Origin: an uncultured Bacillota bacterium
GTDB lineage: Bacteria; Sysuimicrobiota; Sysuimicrobiia; Sysuimicrobiales; Segetimicrobiaceae
NCBI GenBank assembly: GCA_963804645.1
Contig: CAWDRG010000009.1
Span: 928,001-992,000 of the forward strand
Length of the DNA: 64,000 bases
Direction of reading: 5' to 3'
The translations under genes and the position numbers were made by a program. The notes beneath the pieces are model-generated. The model saw only the letters and a program-made list of their open reading frames with translations. It did no database searches and was not told the DNA's origin. Position 1 is the first letter of the stretch. Each line of letters opens with the position of its first letter. Positions 29,202 through 39,657 of this stretch are shown piece by piece.

Positions 29202-29525
29202 ATGACACGGGATCGCGAGTGGTGGGAGCGCGACCCCGTGCGCTTTGTCTCGGGCGAGCCCGGGGTGGGTATGGACGCAGCGGAGTGGCTCGTGGCGCTG
29301 ACCGGCGCCGACACGTGGAGCTTCGGGGTGGTGCCCGGCGAGGATCTCGCCCGGCCGTTTCTCGTCCCGCAGACGCTGAACGTGCGGCACGGCCTGTTCA
29401 TCATGGAGAACCTCGCCACCGAAGTGCTCGCGCGGGCGCGCGTCTACGAGTTCATGTTCGTGCCCACGCATCAGAAGACGCGCGGGTCGACGGCGGCGAT
29501 GATCGCGCCGGCGGCCGTGACGTAG
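29202..29525 (+). pseudogene. C-terminal remnant of a cyclase-family gene
   Basis: GEPGVGMDAAEWL..GADTW..VVPGED..HGLFIMENL..YEFMFV..RGST. Lacks the N-terminal HxGTHxD half. Confidence 0.6.
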
Positions 29526-29547
29526 GTCCGAGAGGCGGCACTGCATC

Positions 29548-31101
29548 ATGCCAGATCGGTACGACATCGCGATCATCGGCACCGGGGCCGGCGGCGGGAC
29601 GCTCGCGTACGCGCTCGCGCCCACGGGGAAGCGCATCCTGCTGCTCGAGCGCGGCGGCTGGCTGCCGCGGGAGAAAGAGAACTGGGACGCGCGCGCGGTG
29701 TTCGTGGACCAGCGCTACCACACGACGGAGCTGTGGTACGACAAGAACGGCCAGCCGTTCCGTCCGGGCACGAACTACTACGTCGGCGGCAACACGAAGG
29801 TGTTCGGGGCGGTGCTGCTGCGGATGCGCGAGCGGGACTTTGAGGCGGTGCCCCACTACGACGGCACCTCGCCCGGCTGGCCGCTCCGCTACGAGGATTT
29901 CGCGCCGCACTATCTCGAGGCCGAGCGGCTGTACGGCGCCCACGGCCAGCGCGGCACCGACCCCACGGAGCCGCCGTGCGACGCGCCGTATCCGTTCCCG
30001 CCGATCCGGAACGAGGCGCGCATGCAGGAGGTTTTCGACGGGCTCGCCGCGCAGGGGCTGCATCCGTTCCCGCTGCCCGTGGGCGTGCGGCTTGACGAGG
30101 CCCAGCCCCACCTGAGCCCCTGCATCAAGTGCGACACCTTCGACGGGTTTCCGTGCCTCGTCGACGCCAAGCACGACGCCCACACGACCTGCGTGATGCC
30201 GGCGCTCCGGCATCCGAACGTGACGCTGCTGACCGGGGCCAGGGTGACGCGCCTGTCGGTCGGCGCGAGCGGGCGCGAGGTGACCGGCATCCACGTCGAC
30301 CGCGATGGGCACGCCGAGGAATACGCCGCGGATCTCGTGGTCGTGGCGTGCGGGGCCGTCAACTCGGCCGCGCTGCTTCTCCGCTCCGCAGGCGACCGGC
30401 ATCCCCACGGGCTCGCCAACAGCTCGGGGATGGTCGGGCGGCACTACATGTGCCACAACAACTCGGCGATCCTGGTCGTGTCGCGGACGCCGAACCCGAG
30501 CAAGTTCACCAAGACGATCGGGGTGAACGACTTCTACTGGGGCACCGACGACTTCGACTATCCGATGGGGCACATTCAGACCCTCGGCAAGTCGCTCCCG
30601 CCGCAGCTTGAGGGCGACGCCCCGTCGATCCGGATCCCGGGGGTGGAGATGACGCTCGAGTTCATGACCCACCACGCCACCGATTGGTGGGTCACGACCG
30701 AGGACCTTCCCGATCCCGACAACCGCGTCGACCTCACCCCGACCGGCGAGATCCGGCTCGCCTACACGCCGAACAACGTCGAGGCGCACCGGCGCATCCT
30801 CGACCGGCTGCACCGCGCGCTCGACCGGGTGGAGGGCGGCGTCGTGCACTTCCTGCCGCATTCGGTGTACCTGTCGAAGCGCATCCCGCTGGCCGGGGTG
30901 GCGCACCAGAACGGCACGTGCCGGTTCGGGACGGATCCCGCCACCTCGGTGCTGGACGTCACGTGCAGGACCCACGACGTCGACAACCTCTACGTCGTGG
31001 ACGCGAGCTTCTTCCCGTCGAGCTCCTCGGTCAACCCGTCCCTGACGGTGATTGCGAATGCGCTCCGGGTCGCGGGTCGTCTTCGGGACCGGATGGCCTA
31101 G
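29548..31101 (+). CDS. GMC family oxidoreductase (FAD)
   Basis: IIGTGAGGG, LLERG, VGGNTK, AHQNGTCRFG, NLYVVDASFFP..VNP.LT. Confidence 0.93.
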   Translation: MPDRYDIAIIGTGAGGGTLAYALAPTGKRILLLERGGWLPREKENWDARAVFVDQRYHTTELWYDKNGQPFRPGTNYYVGGNTKVFGAVLLRMRERDFEAVPHYDGTSPGWPLRYEDFAPHYLEAERLYGAHGQRGTDPTEPPCDAPYPFPPIRNEARMQEVFDGLAAQGLHPFPLPVGVRLDEAQPHLSPCIKCDTFDGFPCLVDAKHDAHTTCVMPALRHPNVTLLTGARVTRLSVGASGREVTGIHVDRDGHAEEYAADLVVVACGAVNSAALLLRSAGDRHPHGLANSSGMVGRHYMCHNNSAILVVSRTPNPSKFTKTIGVNDFYWGTDDFDYPMGHIQTLGKSLPPQLEGDAPSIRIPGVEMTLEFMTHHATDWWVTTEDLPDPDNRVDLTPTGEIRLAYTPNNVEAHRRILDRLHRALDRVEGGVVHFLPHSVYLSKRIPLAGVAHQNGTCRFGTDPATSVLDVTCRTHDVDNLYVVDASFFPSSSSVNPSLTVIANALRVAGRLRDRMA

Positions 31102-31107
31102 CGGACC

Positions 31108-33846
31108 ATGGAGATGCGCGAGGGGCGGCAGGGCAGCGATCCGGCGGTGGAGACCGGTGCGGCGGCGGACGCGGGGCCGACCAGGTACATCGATCCCGAC
31201 GCGGAGCGGCGCCGGCGCGACGAGGCGCGGGAGGGACAGTCGCCCTGGTACCAGTGGGGCCCGTACCTCTCCGAACGCCAGTGGGGCACCGTGCGAGAGG
31301 ACTATTCCGCGGACGGGAGCGCGTGGCAGTACTTCCCCCACGACCACGCCCGCTCCCGGGCGTATCGGTGGGGCGAGGACGGCCTGCTCGGCATCAGCGA
31401 CCGCCATCAGCGGCTCTGCTTCGCGCTCGCCCTGTGGAACGGCGCGGACCCCATCCTCAAGGAGCGCCTGTTCGGCCTGACCGGCCCGGAGGGCAACCAC
31501 GGGGAGGACGTCAAGGAGTACTACTACTATCTCGACGCCACGCCGACCCATTCGTACCTCCGGGCGCTGTACCGGTACCCGCAGCGGGCGTATCCGTACG
31601 CCGAGCTCGTGCGCGAGAATCAGCGCCGCGGCCGGTTCGCCCCCGAGTACGAGCTGCTCGACACCGGGGTCCTGGCCGAGCACCGCTACTTCGACGTGAC
31701 GGTCGAATACGCGAAGGCGGCGCCGGAGGACATCGTGATCCGCATCACCGTCACGAACCACGGGCCGGACGCCGCCCCGCTCCACGTGCTCCCGACGCTC
31801 TGGTTCCGGAACACGTGGGCGTGGGGCCGCCGCGACCACCGGCCCGTCATCGACGCCATCGAGACCCGGGAGGCGTCGGCCGGCGGCACCCGGCTCCTCC
31901 GTGCCGCGCACCATGAGCTCGGCGAGCACTGGCTCGCCTGCGGCGGGGCGCCCGATCTTCTGGTTACCGAAAACGAGACCAACGCGGCCCGGCTGTGGAA
32001 CTTGCCGAACAGCTGTCCCTACACCAAGGATGGGATCAACGACGCCGTGGTGCAGGGCGCCAGCGACCGCGTCAACCCCGCCGCGACGGGGACGAAGGCG
32101 GCGGCGCACTACCGGCTCATGGTCGGAGCGGGAGAGGCGCGGTCGATCTGGCTCCGCCTGTCGGCGCATCGCCTCCCGGCGCCGCTAACGGACGCCCACG
32201 AGGTGCTCGCGGAGCGGCGGGCCGAGGCGGACGCGTTCTTCGACATGCTGGCCGTCGCCGACATGTCCGACGACGCCCGCCGCGTGCAGCGGCAGGCATT
32301 CGCCGGCCTGGTGTGGAGCAAGCAGTACTACGCGTACAACGTCGCGCACTGGCTCGACGGCGACCCGGCAGGCCCGCCGCCCCCGGCCGAGCGGCGCGGC
32401 GGACGCAACGCGGCGTGGCGGCACCTCAACAATTCCGAGGTCCTGTCGATGCCGGACAAGTGGGAGTACCCGTGGTTCGCGTCGTGGGATCTCGCGTTCC
32501 ACACGATCCCGCTCGCGCTGGTCGACCCGCAGTTCGCGAAGGATCAGCTCATCCTGCTGCTGCGGGAGTGGTACATGCATCCGAACGGGCAGCTCGCCGC
32601 GTACGAGTGGGCGTTCAGCGACGTGAACCCGCCCGTGCACGCGTGGGCCGTCTGGCGCGTCTACAAGATCGAGAAGCGGATCACCGGCCGGAGCGACCGG
32701 ATGTTCCTCGAGGCCGCGTTCCACAAGCTGCTGCTTAATTTCACGTGGTGGGTGAACCGGAAGGACGTCGAGGGCCACAACGTGTTTCAGGGCGGCTTCC
32801 TCGGGCTCGACAACATCGGCGTGTTCGACCGCAGCAAGCCGCTGCCGGCCGGCGGCCACCTCGAGCAGTCGGACGGGACCGCGTGGATGGGCATGTTCTG
32901 CCTGAACATGCTGACGATCGCGCTCGAGCTGGCGCGCGAGAACCGCGTGTACGAGGACGTCGCCACCAAGTTCTTTGAGCACTTTCTCTACATCGCCGGC
33001 GCGCTCAACAACGTCGACGGGGACGGGATCGCGCTGTGGGATGACCAAGACGAGTTTTTCTACGACGTGATGCACCTGCCGGACGGCCGCCGGGAGCGCC
33101 TCGGCGTGCGCTCCCTCGTCGGGCTCATCCCGCTCCTGGCCGTGGAGACGATCGAGCCCGATCTCCTGGAAGCCCTGCCCGGCTTCAAGGCGCGCCTCGA
33201 GTGGTTCCTCGAACACGAGCCGCGCCTCGCGGGGCTCGTCTCCCGGTGGCGGGAGCCCGGCATGGGCGAGCGGCGCCTGCTCGCGCTCCTCCGAGGCCAC
33301 CGCATGAAGCGCGTGCTGCGGCGCATGCTGGACCCCCACGAGTTCCTGAGCGACCACGGCGTGCGCGCGGTGAGCCGGTACCACGCCGATCACCCGTACG
33401 TGCTCCACCTCGACGGGATGGAGCACCGAGTCATGTACGACCCGGCGGAATCCACGAGCGGCCTCTTCGGCGGCAACTCAAACTGGCGGGGTCCGGTCTG
33501 GTTTCCGATCAACTATCTCTTGATCGAGTCCCTGCAGAAGTTTCACCACTACTACGGCGACGATTTCCTCGTTGAGTGCCCGACGCGATCGGGGGAGATG
33601 ATGACGCTGTGGGGCGTGAGTCAGGAGCTGTCGCGCCGGCTCACGCACATCTTCCTGCGCGGCGCGGACGGGCGGCGTCCGGTCTTCGGAGCGAACGAGC
33701 TGTTCCAGCGAGATCCGCGCTGGCGCGATTACGTGCCGTTCTACGAGTACTTTCACGGCGACACGGGGGCGGGGCTGGGGGCGAGCCACCAGACCGGGTG
33801 GACGGCGCTGGTGGCGAAGCTGCTGGATCAGACGGACGGGCGCTAG
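31108..33846 (+). CDS. MGH1-like glycoside hydrolase (GH63)
   Basis: [66 protein letters not shown]. Confidence 0.93.
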   Translation: MEMREGRQGSDPAVETGAAADAGPTRYIDPDAERRRRDEAREGQSPWYQWGPYLSERQWGTVREDYSADGSAWQYFPHDHARSRAYRWGEDGLLGISDRHQRLCFALALWNGADPILKERLFGLTGPEGNHGEDVKEYYYYLDATPTHSYLRALYRYPQRAYPYAELVRENQRRGRFAPEYELLDTGVLAEHRYFDVTVEYAKAAPEDIVIRITVTNHGPDAAPLHVLPTLWFRNTWAWGRRDHRPVIDAIETREASAGGTRLLRAAHHELGEHWLACGGAPDLLVTENETNAARLWNLPNSCPYTKDGINDAVVQGASDRVNPAATGTKAAAHYRLMVGAGEARSIWLRLSAHRLPAPLTDAHEVLAERRAEADAFFDMLAVADMSDDARRVQRQAFAGLVWSKQYYAYNVAHWLDGDPAGPPPPAERRGGRNAAWRHLNNSEVLSMPDKWEYPWFASWDLAFHTIPLALVDPQFAKDQLILLLREWYMHPNGQLAAYEWAFSDVNPPVHAWAVWRVYKIEKRITGRSDRMFLEAAFHKLLLNFTWWVNRKDVEGHNVFQGGFLGLDNIGVFDRSKPLPAGGHLEQSDGTAWMGMFCLNMLTIALELARENRVYEDVATKFFEHFLYIAGALNNVDGDGIALWDDQDEFFYDVMHLPDGRRERLGVRSLVGLIPLLAVETIEPDLLEALPGFKARLEWFLEHEPRLAGLVSRWREPGMGERRLLALLRGHRMKRVLRRMLDPHEFLSDHGVRAVSRYHADHPYVLHLDGMEHRVMYDPAESTSGLFGGNSNWRGPVWFPINYLLIESLQKFHHYYGDDFLVECPTRSGEMMTLWGVSQELSRRLTHIFLRGADGRRPVFGANELFQRDPRWRDYVPFYEYFHGDTGAGLGASHQTGWTALVAKLLDQTDGR

Positions 33847-33873
33847 CGCCGCGGCCGCGGTGCCTCGGTCGTC

Positions 33874-34128
33874 CTACGCGGTGTGGCGGCGGGTCGGCGC
33901 GTGCTCGTGTGATCCGGCGGCGGCCATCATCGCCCGGCGGACCAGGTGCTCGAGCGGGCGGTCCGGCTCCCGGTCGGCGCGCTTGGCCTCCCGGTAGCAG
34001 TCGACGCAGAGCGCGGTCCCGCGGTACCGGATCGCCAGTCCCTCGTCGCAGCCGCAGGCCTGGCACGTCGTCTCACGGTAGAGCGGCAGCTCGGTGAAGC
34101 TCCGGATCATGGCGCTGGCGCGGTGCAT
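33874..34128 (-). CDS. small Cys4 zinc-finger protein
   Basis: RBS GGAGG; CQACG...LCVDCY. Confidence 0.55.
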   Translation of the reverse strand: MHRASAMIRSFTELPLYRETTCQACGCDEGLAIRYRGTALCVDCYREAKRADREPDRPLEHLVRRAMMAAAGSHEHAPTRRHTA

Positions 34129-34157
34129 CACAGTCCTCCCTGGATCATCATGCCGGC

Positions 34158-34364
34158 TCACGCCGGGACGGGCTCGGGCTCCAACTCGACCGCGGGGGCC
34201 GCGGCCGCGGGTACCATGACCGGAATCTCGGTCATCAGAACGGGAGAGGCGTGCTGATCGAACCCGGCCGTGTGCTTGAGGCAGTACGCGGACACGACCT
34301 CGTCCCCGTACCGCGGCGCGATTTCGGCTTCGATCCCGCACTCCGAGCAGACGAACCGCTGCAT
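34158..34364 (-). CDS. small zinc-ribbon-like protein with Pro/Ala/Glu tail
   Basis: FVCSECG...YCLKH; purine-rich GGAAAGG upstream. Confidence 0.55.
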   Translation of the reverse strand: MQRFVCSECGIEAEIAPRYGDEVVSAYCLKHTAGFDQHASPVLMTEIPVMVPAAAAPAVELEPEPVPA

Positions 34365-34673
34365 CGTCGATCGCCCGACCTTTCCAGCTTCGCGCGTCTT
34401 ATCGAACGCGAGCCCTTTTACTTCTGAAGACGCCCCGATCGGCGCCCTGTCTCACGCGCGACCCGCACCTCAGTTTTACCCAACACGGCGGACCGGCTCA
34501 ATGGGCTTTTCGTCCGCGGTCCTGGTACCAAAGACGGAGCGGACCGGGCCGCGGTTCCCTGCCGGTGCGGGGGGGCCGCGGCCCCTGGCGGAGTTGCGGG
34601 GCCGCCGGGCGAAGATCTACAGGCGTGGAACACCGGGGTCGCGGCCCTGAGACGAATGGCCTAGGGGGACGGC

Positions 34674-35510
34674 GTGAAAGTGTACATCGCGACCGACATG
34701 GAAGGGATTTCCGGCATCGTCGACCGGGGTCAGATCTCGCCCCCGGGCCTCGACCTCGCGCGCGGGCGCCAGTTCCTCACCGACGACACCAACGCGGCGA
34801 TCCGCGGGGCGCTCGCGGCGGGGGCGAGCGAGGTGGTCGTGTCGGGCGGCCACGGCGGCAACGGCATGCGCAACATCATCGACGAGCGGCTGCACGAGGC
34901 GGCGTGGCTGATCAGCGGCGACAGCCGCCCGTCGATGATGGAGGGGCTCGACGGGAGCTTCGCCGCGGTGGTGCTGATCGGGTACCATTCGCGCCACGGC
35001 CGCAGCGGCGTGCTCGACCACACGATCACCGCGCGCGACATCTACGAGATCCGGATCGAGGGGCGGCCGATCGGCGAGATCGGGCTCGGCGGACTCGCCG
35101 CCGGCCGCCACGGGGTGCCGGTGGCGCTGGTCAGCGGCGACGACCGCCTCGTCGGAGAGACGCAGGAGTGGTTCCCGTGGGCGGTGCCGGTCGTGGTCAA
35201 GTACGCGATCGGCCGCCACGCGGCGCGGTGCATGCATCCCCGGAGGGCACAGGAGCTCATCGAGCGGTCGACCGCCGACGCCCTCGGACGGCTCGCGATG
35301 ATGGCGCCGCTCGTCCTGCCGCCGCCGCTCGCCGTGGAGGTGCAGTTCAAGCGCACGTCCCACGCGGACGAAGCGATGCGCGCGGCCGGCGCCGCGCGCG
35401 TCGACGGCTGCACGGTCGGCACGAGCGCCCCGGACGTCGAGACCGCGCTGCAGTTCGTGCAGACGTGCATCAAGCTCGGGGCGACGGCGCAGAACGCGCC
35501 GATGCGGTAA
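34674..35510 (+). CDS. dppA: M55 family D-aminopeptidase (DppA-like), paralog 1
   Basis: KVYIATDMEG, MRNI, MMEGLD, GYHS, LDHT, GE, VSGDD. Confidence 0.9.
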   Translation: MKVYIATDMEGISGIVDRGQISPPGLDLARGRQFLTDDTNAAIRGALAAGASEVVVSGGHGGNGMRNIIDERLHEAAWLISGDSRPSMMEGLDGSFAAVVLIGYHSRHGRSGVLDHTITARDIYEIRIEGRPIGEIGLGGLAAGRHGVPVALVSGDDRLVGETQEWFPWAVPVVVKYAIGRHAARCMHPRRAQELIERSTADALGRLAMMAPLVLPPPLAVEVQFKRTSHADEAMRAAGAARVDGCTVGTSAPDVETALQFVQTCIKLGATAQNAPMR

Positions 35511-35521
35511 GGGGGGACGTC

Positions 35522-36388
35522 GTGAAAGTCTACATCTCGGTGGACGTCGAGGGCGTGGCGGGAATCGTTGATCAGGCGCAGGGCTCGGCCCCGGGGCTGG
35601 ACTACGCGCGCGGGCGGCGCCTCATGACCCGGGAGGCGGCGGCGGCCGTGCGCGGCGCGCTGGCCGCGGGCGCCACCGAGGTCTGGGTGTCCGACGGGCA
35701 CGGCGCGAACGGGATGCGGAACATCCTGATCGAGGACCTGCCCCCCGACTGCTGGCTGATCAGCGGCGACGGCCGGCCGATGGGCCAGGTGGAAGGCCTG
35801 GACGGCTCGTTCGATGCCCTGGCGCTCGTCGGGTACCACACCCGGCACGGGGTCTCCGGCGTCCTGGATCACACCATCAACGGCCGCGTCGTCTATGATC
35901 TCACCCTGAACGGGCAGCCGGTGGGCGAGGCGGAGCTCAACGCGGCCGTGGCCGGGCATCTCGGGGTGCCCGTCGTCTTCGTGTCCGGCGATCACGCGCT
36001 GATCCGCGAGGTCGGGATGAGCCTGCCGTGGGCCGAGGGGGTGGCGGTGAAGGAGGCGATCGGGCGGCACGCCAGCCGGGCGATGCATCCCGAGCGCGCC
36101 TGCCGCGCGATCGAGGACGGGGTCGCGCGCGCGCTCGGCCGCACCGGGCAGGCGCGCCTCTACGAGATCGGGACGCCGGTCGTTTCCGACCTGACGTTCA
36201 AGTACACTACGATGGCGGATTCCGCCGCCCGGCTCCCGGGCGCGGAACGGCGCAGCGACCTCACGATCCGCCTCACGGCGCCGGACGCCGTGGCGGCGTT
36301 TCCGCTGATCATGGCGGCGATCCACCTCGGCGGGTTCTCGATGGCCGCGCCGATGAAGCTCGGCGGCGGGGGCGCGCCGGGCACGTAG
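35522..36388 (+). CDS. dppA: M55 family D-aminopeptidase (DppA-like), paralog 2
   Basis: KVYISVDVEG, SDGHG, MRNIL, GYHT, LDHT, GEAELNAA, VSGD. Confidence 0.9.
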   Translation: MKVYISVDVEGVAGIVDQAQGSAPGLDYARGRRLMTREAAAAVRGALAAGATEVWVSDGHGANGMRNILIEDLPPDCWLISGDGRPMGQVEGLDGSFDALALVGYHTRHGVSGVLDHTINGRVVYDLTLNGQPVGEAELNAAVAGHLGVPVVFVSGDHALIREVGMSLPWAEGVAVKEAIGRHASRAMHPERACRAIEDGVARALGRTGQARLYEIGTPVVSDLTFKYTTMADSAARLPGAERRSDLTIRLTAPDAVAAFPLIMAAIHLGGFSMAAPMKLGGGGAPGT

Positions 36389-36457
36389 CGCGCGGGCCGG
36401 CGGGGGTCCCCGGCCGTCCCCGGATCGGATGTCCACGGCTTCGACAGGAGGTGCGGC

Positions 36458-37675
36458 ATGGCGGAGTTGAGCGCGGAGTCGATCGCGGATCTGAAGCGGC
36501 GCGCGTGCGGCCGGATCGACGAGATGGGGCCGGCGCTGATCGCGGTCTCCAAGAAGATCTGGGAGACGCCCGAGCTCGGGTTTCAGGAGCAGCAGGCGGT
36601 GCGGTGGCTCGCGCCGCTCCTCGAGCAGTCCGGGTACGCGGTCGAGACGGGCGTCGGCGGCCTCGACACCGCCTTCACGGCCCGGAGATCGGGCGCGGCC
36701 CCGGGCCCCACGGTGGGCGTGTTCAGCGAGTACGACGCGCTGCCGGAGCTCGGCCACGGCTGCGGCCACAACCTGCTCGCGATCTCCGGGGTCGGGGCGG
36801 GGATCGGGCTCGCGGCCGTGCTCGCGGAGCTGCCCGGGACCGTCCGGGTGCACGGCACCCCCGCCGAGGAGGGCGGGTCGGGCAAGACCCTGCTGCTCCG
36901 GGAGGGCGCGTTCGACGGGCTCGACTTCGCGCTGATCTTCCACCCGAGCGCGGACGCGAACGTGCTCGAGCGGATGCGGACGGGCCAGGGGCTGATGTTC
37001 ACGTTCACCGGAAAGCACGCCCACGCTGCGTCGAACCCGGATCTGGCGATCGACGCGCTGAACGGCGTCATCGCGCTGTTCAACAACGTGAACCTGCTCC
37101 GCCAGCATTTCCGGCCAGACGTCAGCGTGACGGGCAGCATCCCGGACGGCGGCGGCCGGCGCGCGTTTCCCGTGACCGCGACCGCGCGCATCGTGGTGCG
37201 GGTGTTCGAGGGCGAGACCGACTTCGTCGCGCTCCGGGAGATGGTCGTCAACTGCGCCCGGGGCGCCGCGCTCGCGACGCGCACCGGGCTGCGGATCGAG
37301 TACGGCAACCTCGAGCGCGGCATGAAGCTGAACGATGCCGTGACGGCGCTGGCTGCGGAGAACGCCGCGCGCCTCGGGATCGATCTCGGACGCCGCCGGA
37401 CGACCGGCGGCATGTCGGACTTCGGCAACGTCTCGCACGTGGTGCCCGCGACCCACTTCAGCACCGCGACGTGGCCGGCCGGGGTCACCGCGCACACGCC
37501 CGAGGCGGTGGCGGCGAGCTGCCAGCCGGAGGCGTTCGCCGCCGCGCTCGCGGCGGCCAAGATCGAAGCGATGACCGCGATCGACCTGCTGGCCCGGCCG
37601 GAGGCGGCGGCGCGGGCACGCCAGGAGTTCCGCGACCGGGACACGGGCACCATTCCCGTGAACCCGGACGCCTAA
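36458..37675 (+). CDS. M20 family amidohydrolase (ACY1L2/AbgB-like)
   Basis: PELGFQE, EYDALPELGHGCGHN, GTPAEEGGSGK, HAHAA, SDFGNVSH, AHT. Confidence 0.9.
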   Translation: MAELSAESIADLKRRACGRIDEMGPALIAVSKKIWETPELGFQEQQAVRWLAPLLEQSGYAVETGVGGLDTAFTARRSGAAPGPTVGVFSEYDALPELGHGCGHNLLAISGVGAGIGLAAVLAELPGTVRVHGTPAEEGGSGKTLLLREGAFDGLDFALIFHPSADANVLERMRTGQGLMFTFTGKHAHAASNPDLAIDALNGVIALFNNVNLLRQHFRPDVSVTGSIPDGGGRRAFPVTATARIVVRVFEGETDFVALREMVVNCARGAALATRTGLRIEYGNLERGMKLNDAVTALAAENAARLGIDLGRRRTTGGMSDFGNVSHVVPATHFSTATWPAGVTAHTPEAVAASCQPEAFAAALAAAKIEAMTAIDLLARPEAAARARQEFRDRDTGTIPVNPDA

Positions 37676-37769
37676 CTGTGCGTGTAGGAGGGAGGACGCG
37701 GCCGCAAGGATTCGTGCGTCCGTCGCGAATTGTGAGGGACAGCGACACGATTCAGGAGGTGGCGGACGG

Positions 37770-39437
37770 ATGAGGCATTCGAGCACGCAAGAGAATGCGC
37801 GCGCGCGCTCGCGCGGGCGGCTGTCGCGGCGCGAGCTGCTGCGGCTCGCGGCCGCGGGCGGTGCCGCGGCGTCGTTCGGACGGATCTTCGGGGGTCCGGC
37901 CGGCGCGCGGGCCGCGGCGGCCGCGCAGGGCGGGGAGCTGACCTACGGCCTGACGAACCGCTTCGACACGCTGGATCCGAACGTCACCACGTTCTCCGAC
38001 GTCGGGCGCATGTCGTACCAGCTCTTCGACCCGCTGGTCTGGGAGTCGAAGCCGGGCGTGTTCGTCCCGGGGCTCGCCGAGCGGTGGGAGGTCAACGCGG
38101 CCGTCGATCAGTACACGTTCCACCTGCGGCGCGACGTCAAGTTTCACGACGGCACCCCGTTCACCGCGGACGCCGTGAAGTTCACGTTCGACCGCATCGT
38201 CGACCCGACCCTCAAGTCGCAGAGCGCGTTCTCGGTGATCGGACCGTACGACAGCAGCACCGTCGTGGATCCGTACACGGTTGTCGTCAAGTTCAAGACG
38301 CCCTACGCGCCGTTCCTCAGCTCCGTGGCGCAGTCGGTGCTGTCCCCGGTGTCGCCGGCGGCGGTGCAGAAGTACGGGAAGGACTTTGGCACCCACCCGG
38401 TCGGGACCGGGCCGTTCAAGTTCGACTCGTACCAGACCGACAGCGTCGTGCGGATGGTGCGGAACCCCGACTACCGGTGGGCGCCCTCGTTCTTCAAGCA
38501 CCAGGGGCCCCCGGCCCTCGATGCGATCAGCTTTCGGATCATCCCGGAGCCGGCTACGCGTCTGGCCGCGCTCAAGTCCGGCGAGGCGCAGGTGATCCAG
38601 GACGTGCCGACGCAGGAGTACGCTGGGCTCCAGCACGACAGCTCGGTCCAGCTGCTGCAGGGCCCGCTCGCCGGATCGGGGTTCACCATGATGATCAACG
38701 TGACCAAGGCGCCGACCGACGACGTGCGGGTGCGCCAGGCGCTGGAATGGGGCATCGACAAGACCGCGCTGATCAAGGTGGTGTGGCAGGGCGTGTACCA
38801 GCCCGCGAGCAGCGTGATCAGCTCCACGCTCTTCGGCTACGATCCCGCGACCCGGAACGTCTACCACTACGATCCGAAGAAGGCCGGATCGCTCCTCGAC
38901 GAGGCGGGCTGGAAGATGGGCCCCTCCGGCGTCCGGCAGAAGGGGTCGCAGGACCTCGTCCTGGAGATGTACTACCGGTCGGACGACTCGGATTTTGTCG
39001 GGATGGCGACGTTCATGCAGGCCATCTACGGCCAGATCGGGATCAAGATCGATCTGCAGGGGCTCTCCCAGGCCGGCTACTTCAACGCCGTCCGGGCGGG
39101 CCAGCACAACCTGCAGTTCTGGTGGGAGACCGCGGCCGATCCGGACGTGGTGCGGATTCTCCTGTACTCGAAGAACGCCGACGGCGGGACCAACCGGAAC
39201 CGCTACAAGAACGCCGACATGGACCATTTGATCGACCAGGCAGCGGCGACGACGAACCCGGTGCAGCGGAAGCAGCTGTACGCGGAGATCCAGATGAAGA
39301 CGCTGCAAGAGGCGATCATGGTGCCGATCTCGGACCCGCTGAATATCTTCGCCTACGGGAAGGCCAGGGCCACCGGCCCGCTGCTTGACTGGTCCTCGAC
39401 GGATCTGCTGCTGTACGACGCCCAGCTCCTGAAATAA
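37770..39437 (+). CDS. peptide ABC transporter substrate-binding protein (family 5), Tat signal; no adjacent permeases
   Basis: SRRELL; PGLAERW..YTFHLR.DVKFHDGTPFTA; PVGTGPF. Confidence 0.93.
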   Translation: MRHSSTQENARARSRGRLSRRELLRLAAAGGAAASFGRIFGGPAGARAAAAAQGGELTYGLTNRFDTLDPNVTTFSDVGRMSYQLFDPLVWESKPGVFVPGLAERWEVNAAVDQYTFHLRRDVKFHDGTPFTADAVKFTFDRIVDPTLKSQSAFSVIGPYDSSTVVDPYTVVVKFKTPYAPFLSSVAQSVLSPVSPAAVQKYGKDFGTHPVGTGPFKFDSYQTDSVVRMVRNPDYRWAPSFFKHQGPPALDAISFRIIPEPATRLAALKSGEAQVIQDVPTQEYAGLQHDSSVQLLQGPLAGSGFTMMINVTKAPTDDVRVRQALEWGIDKTALIKVVWQGVYQPASSVISSTLFGYDPATRNVYHYDPKKAGSLLDEAGWKMGPSGVRQKGSQDLVLEMYYRSDDSDFVGMATFMQAIYGQIGIKIDLQGLSQAGYFNAVRAGQHNLQFWWETAADPDVVRILLYSKNADGGTNRNRYKNADMDHLIDQAAATTNPVQRKQLYAEIQMKTLQEAIMVPISDPLNIFAYGKARATGPLLDWSSTDLLLYDAQLLK

Positions 39438-39657
39438 CGCTTCGCCCGAGCAGGATGCAGGACCGTGGGGGCTGGCGCGCGCCGGCCCCCGCGGTGTCTC
39501 CCTCGCGACCCCGGTCCTCCGAGCGCCTTCCCGCCGGCCTCACGATCTTCTCGAGATCCCAATTGGCCGTTCACAGGATCTCCACCCGGCCCGGGTATCC
39601 TATAGGTGGAGGCGGGAAGGCAGAATTTAGCCCCCGCCAGAAAGAGAGGGACGGACG

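Noticed and set aside
29548..33846. GMC oxidoreductase plus GH63 pair as a novel system
   Set aside because: To my knowledge a commonly seen gene pair, with nothing unusual here.
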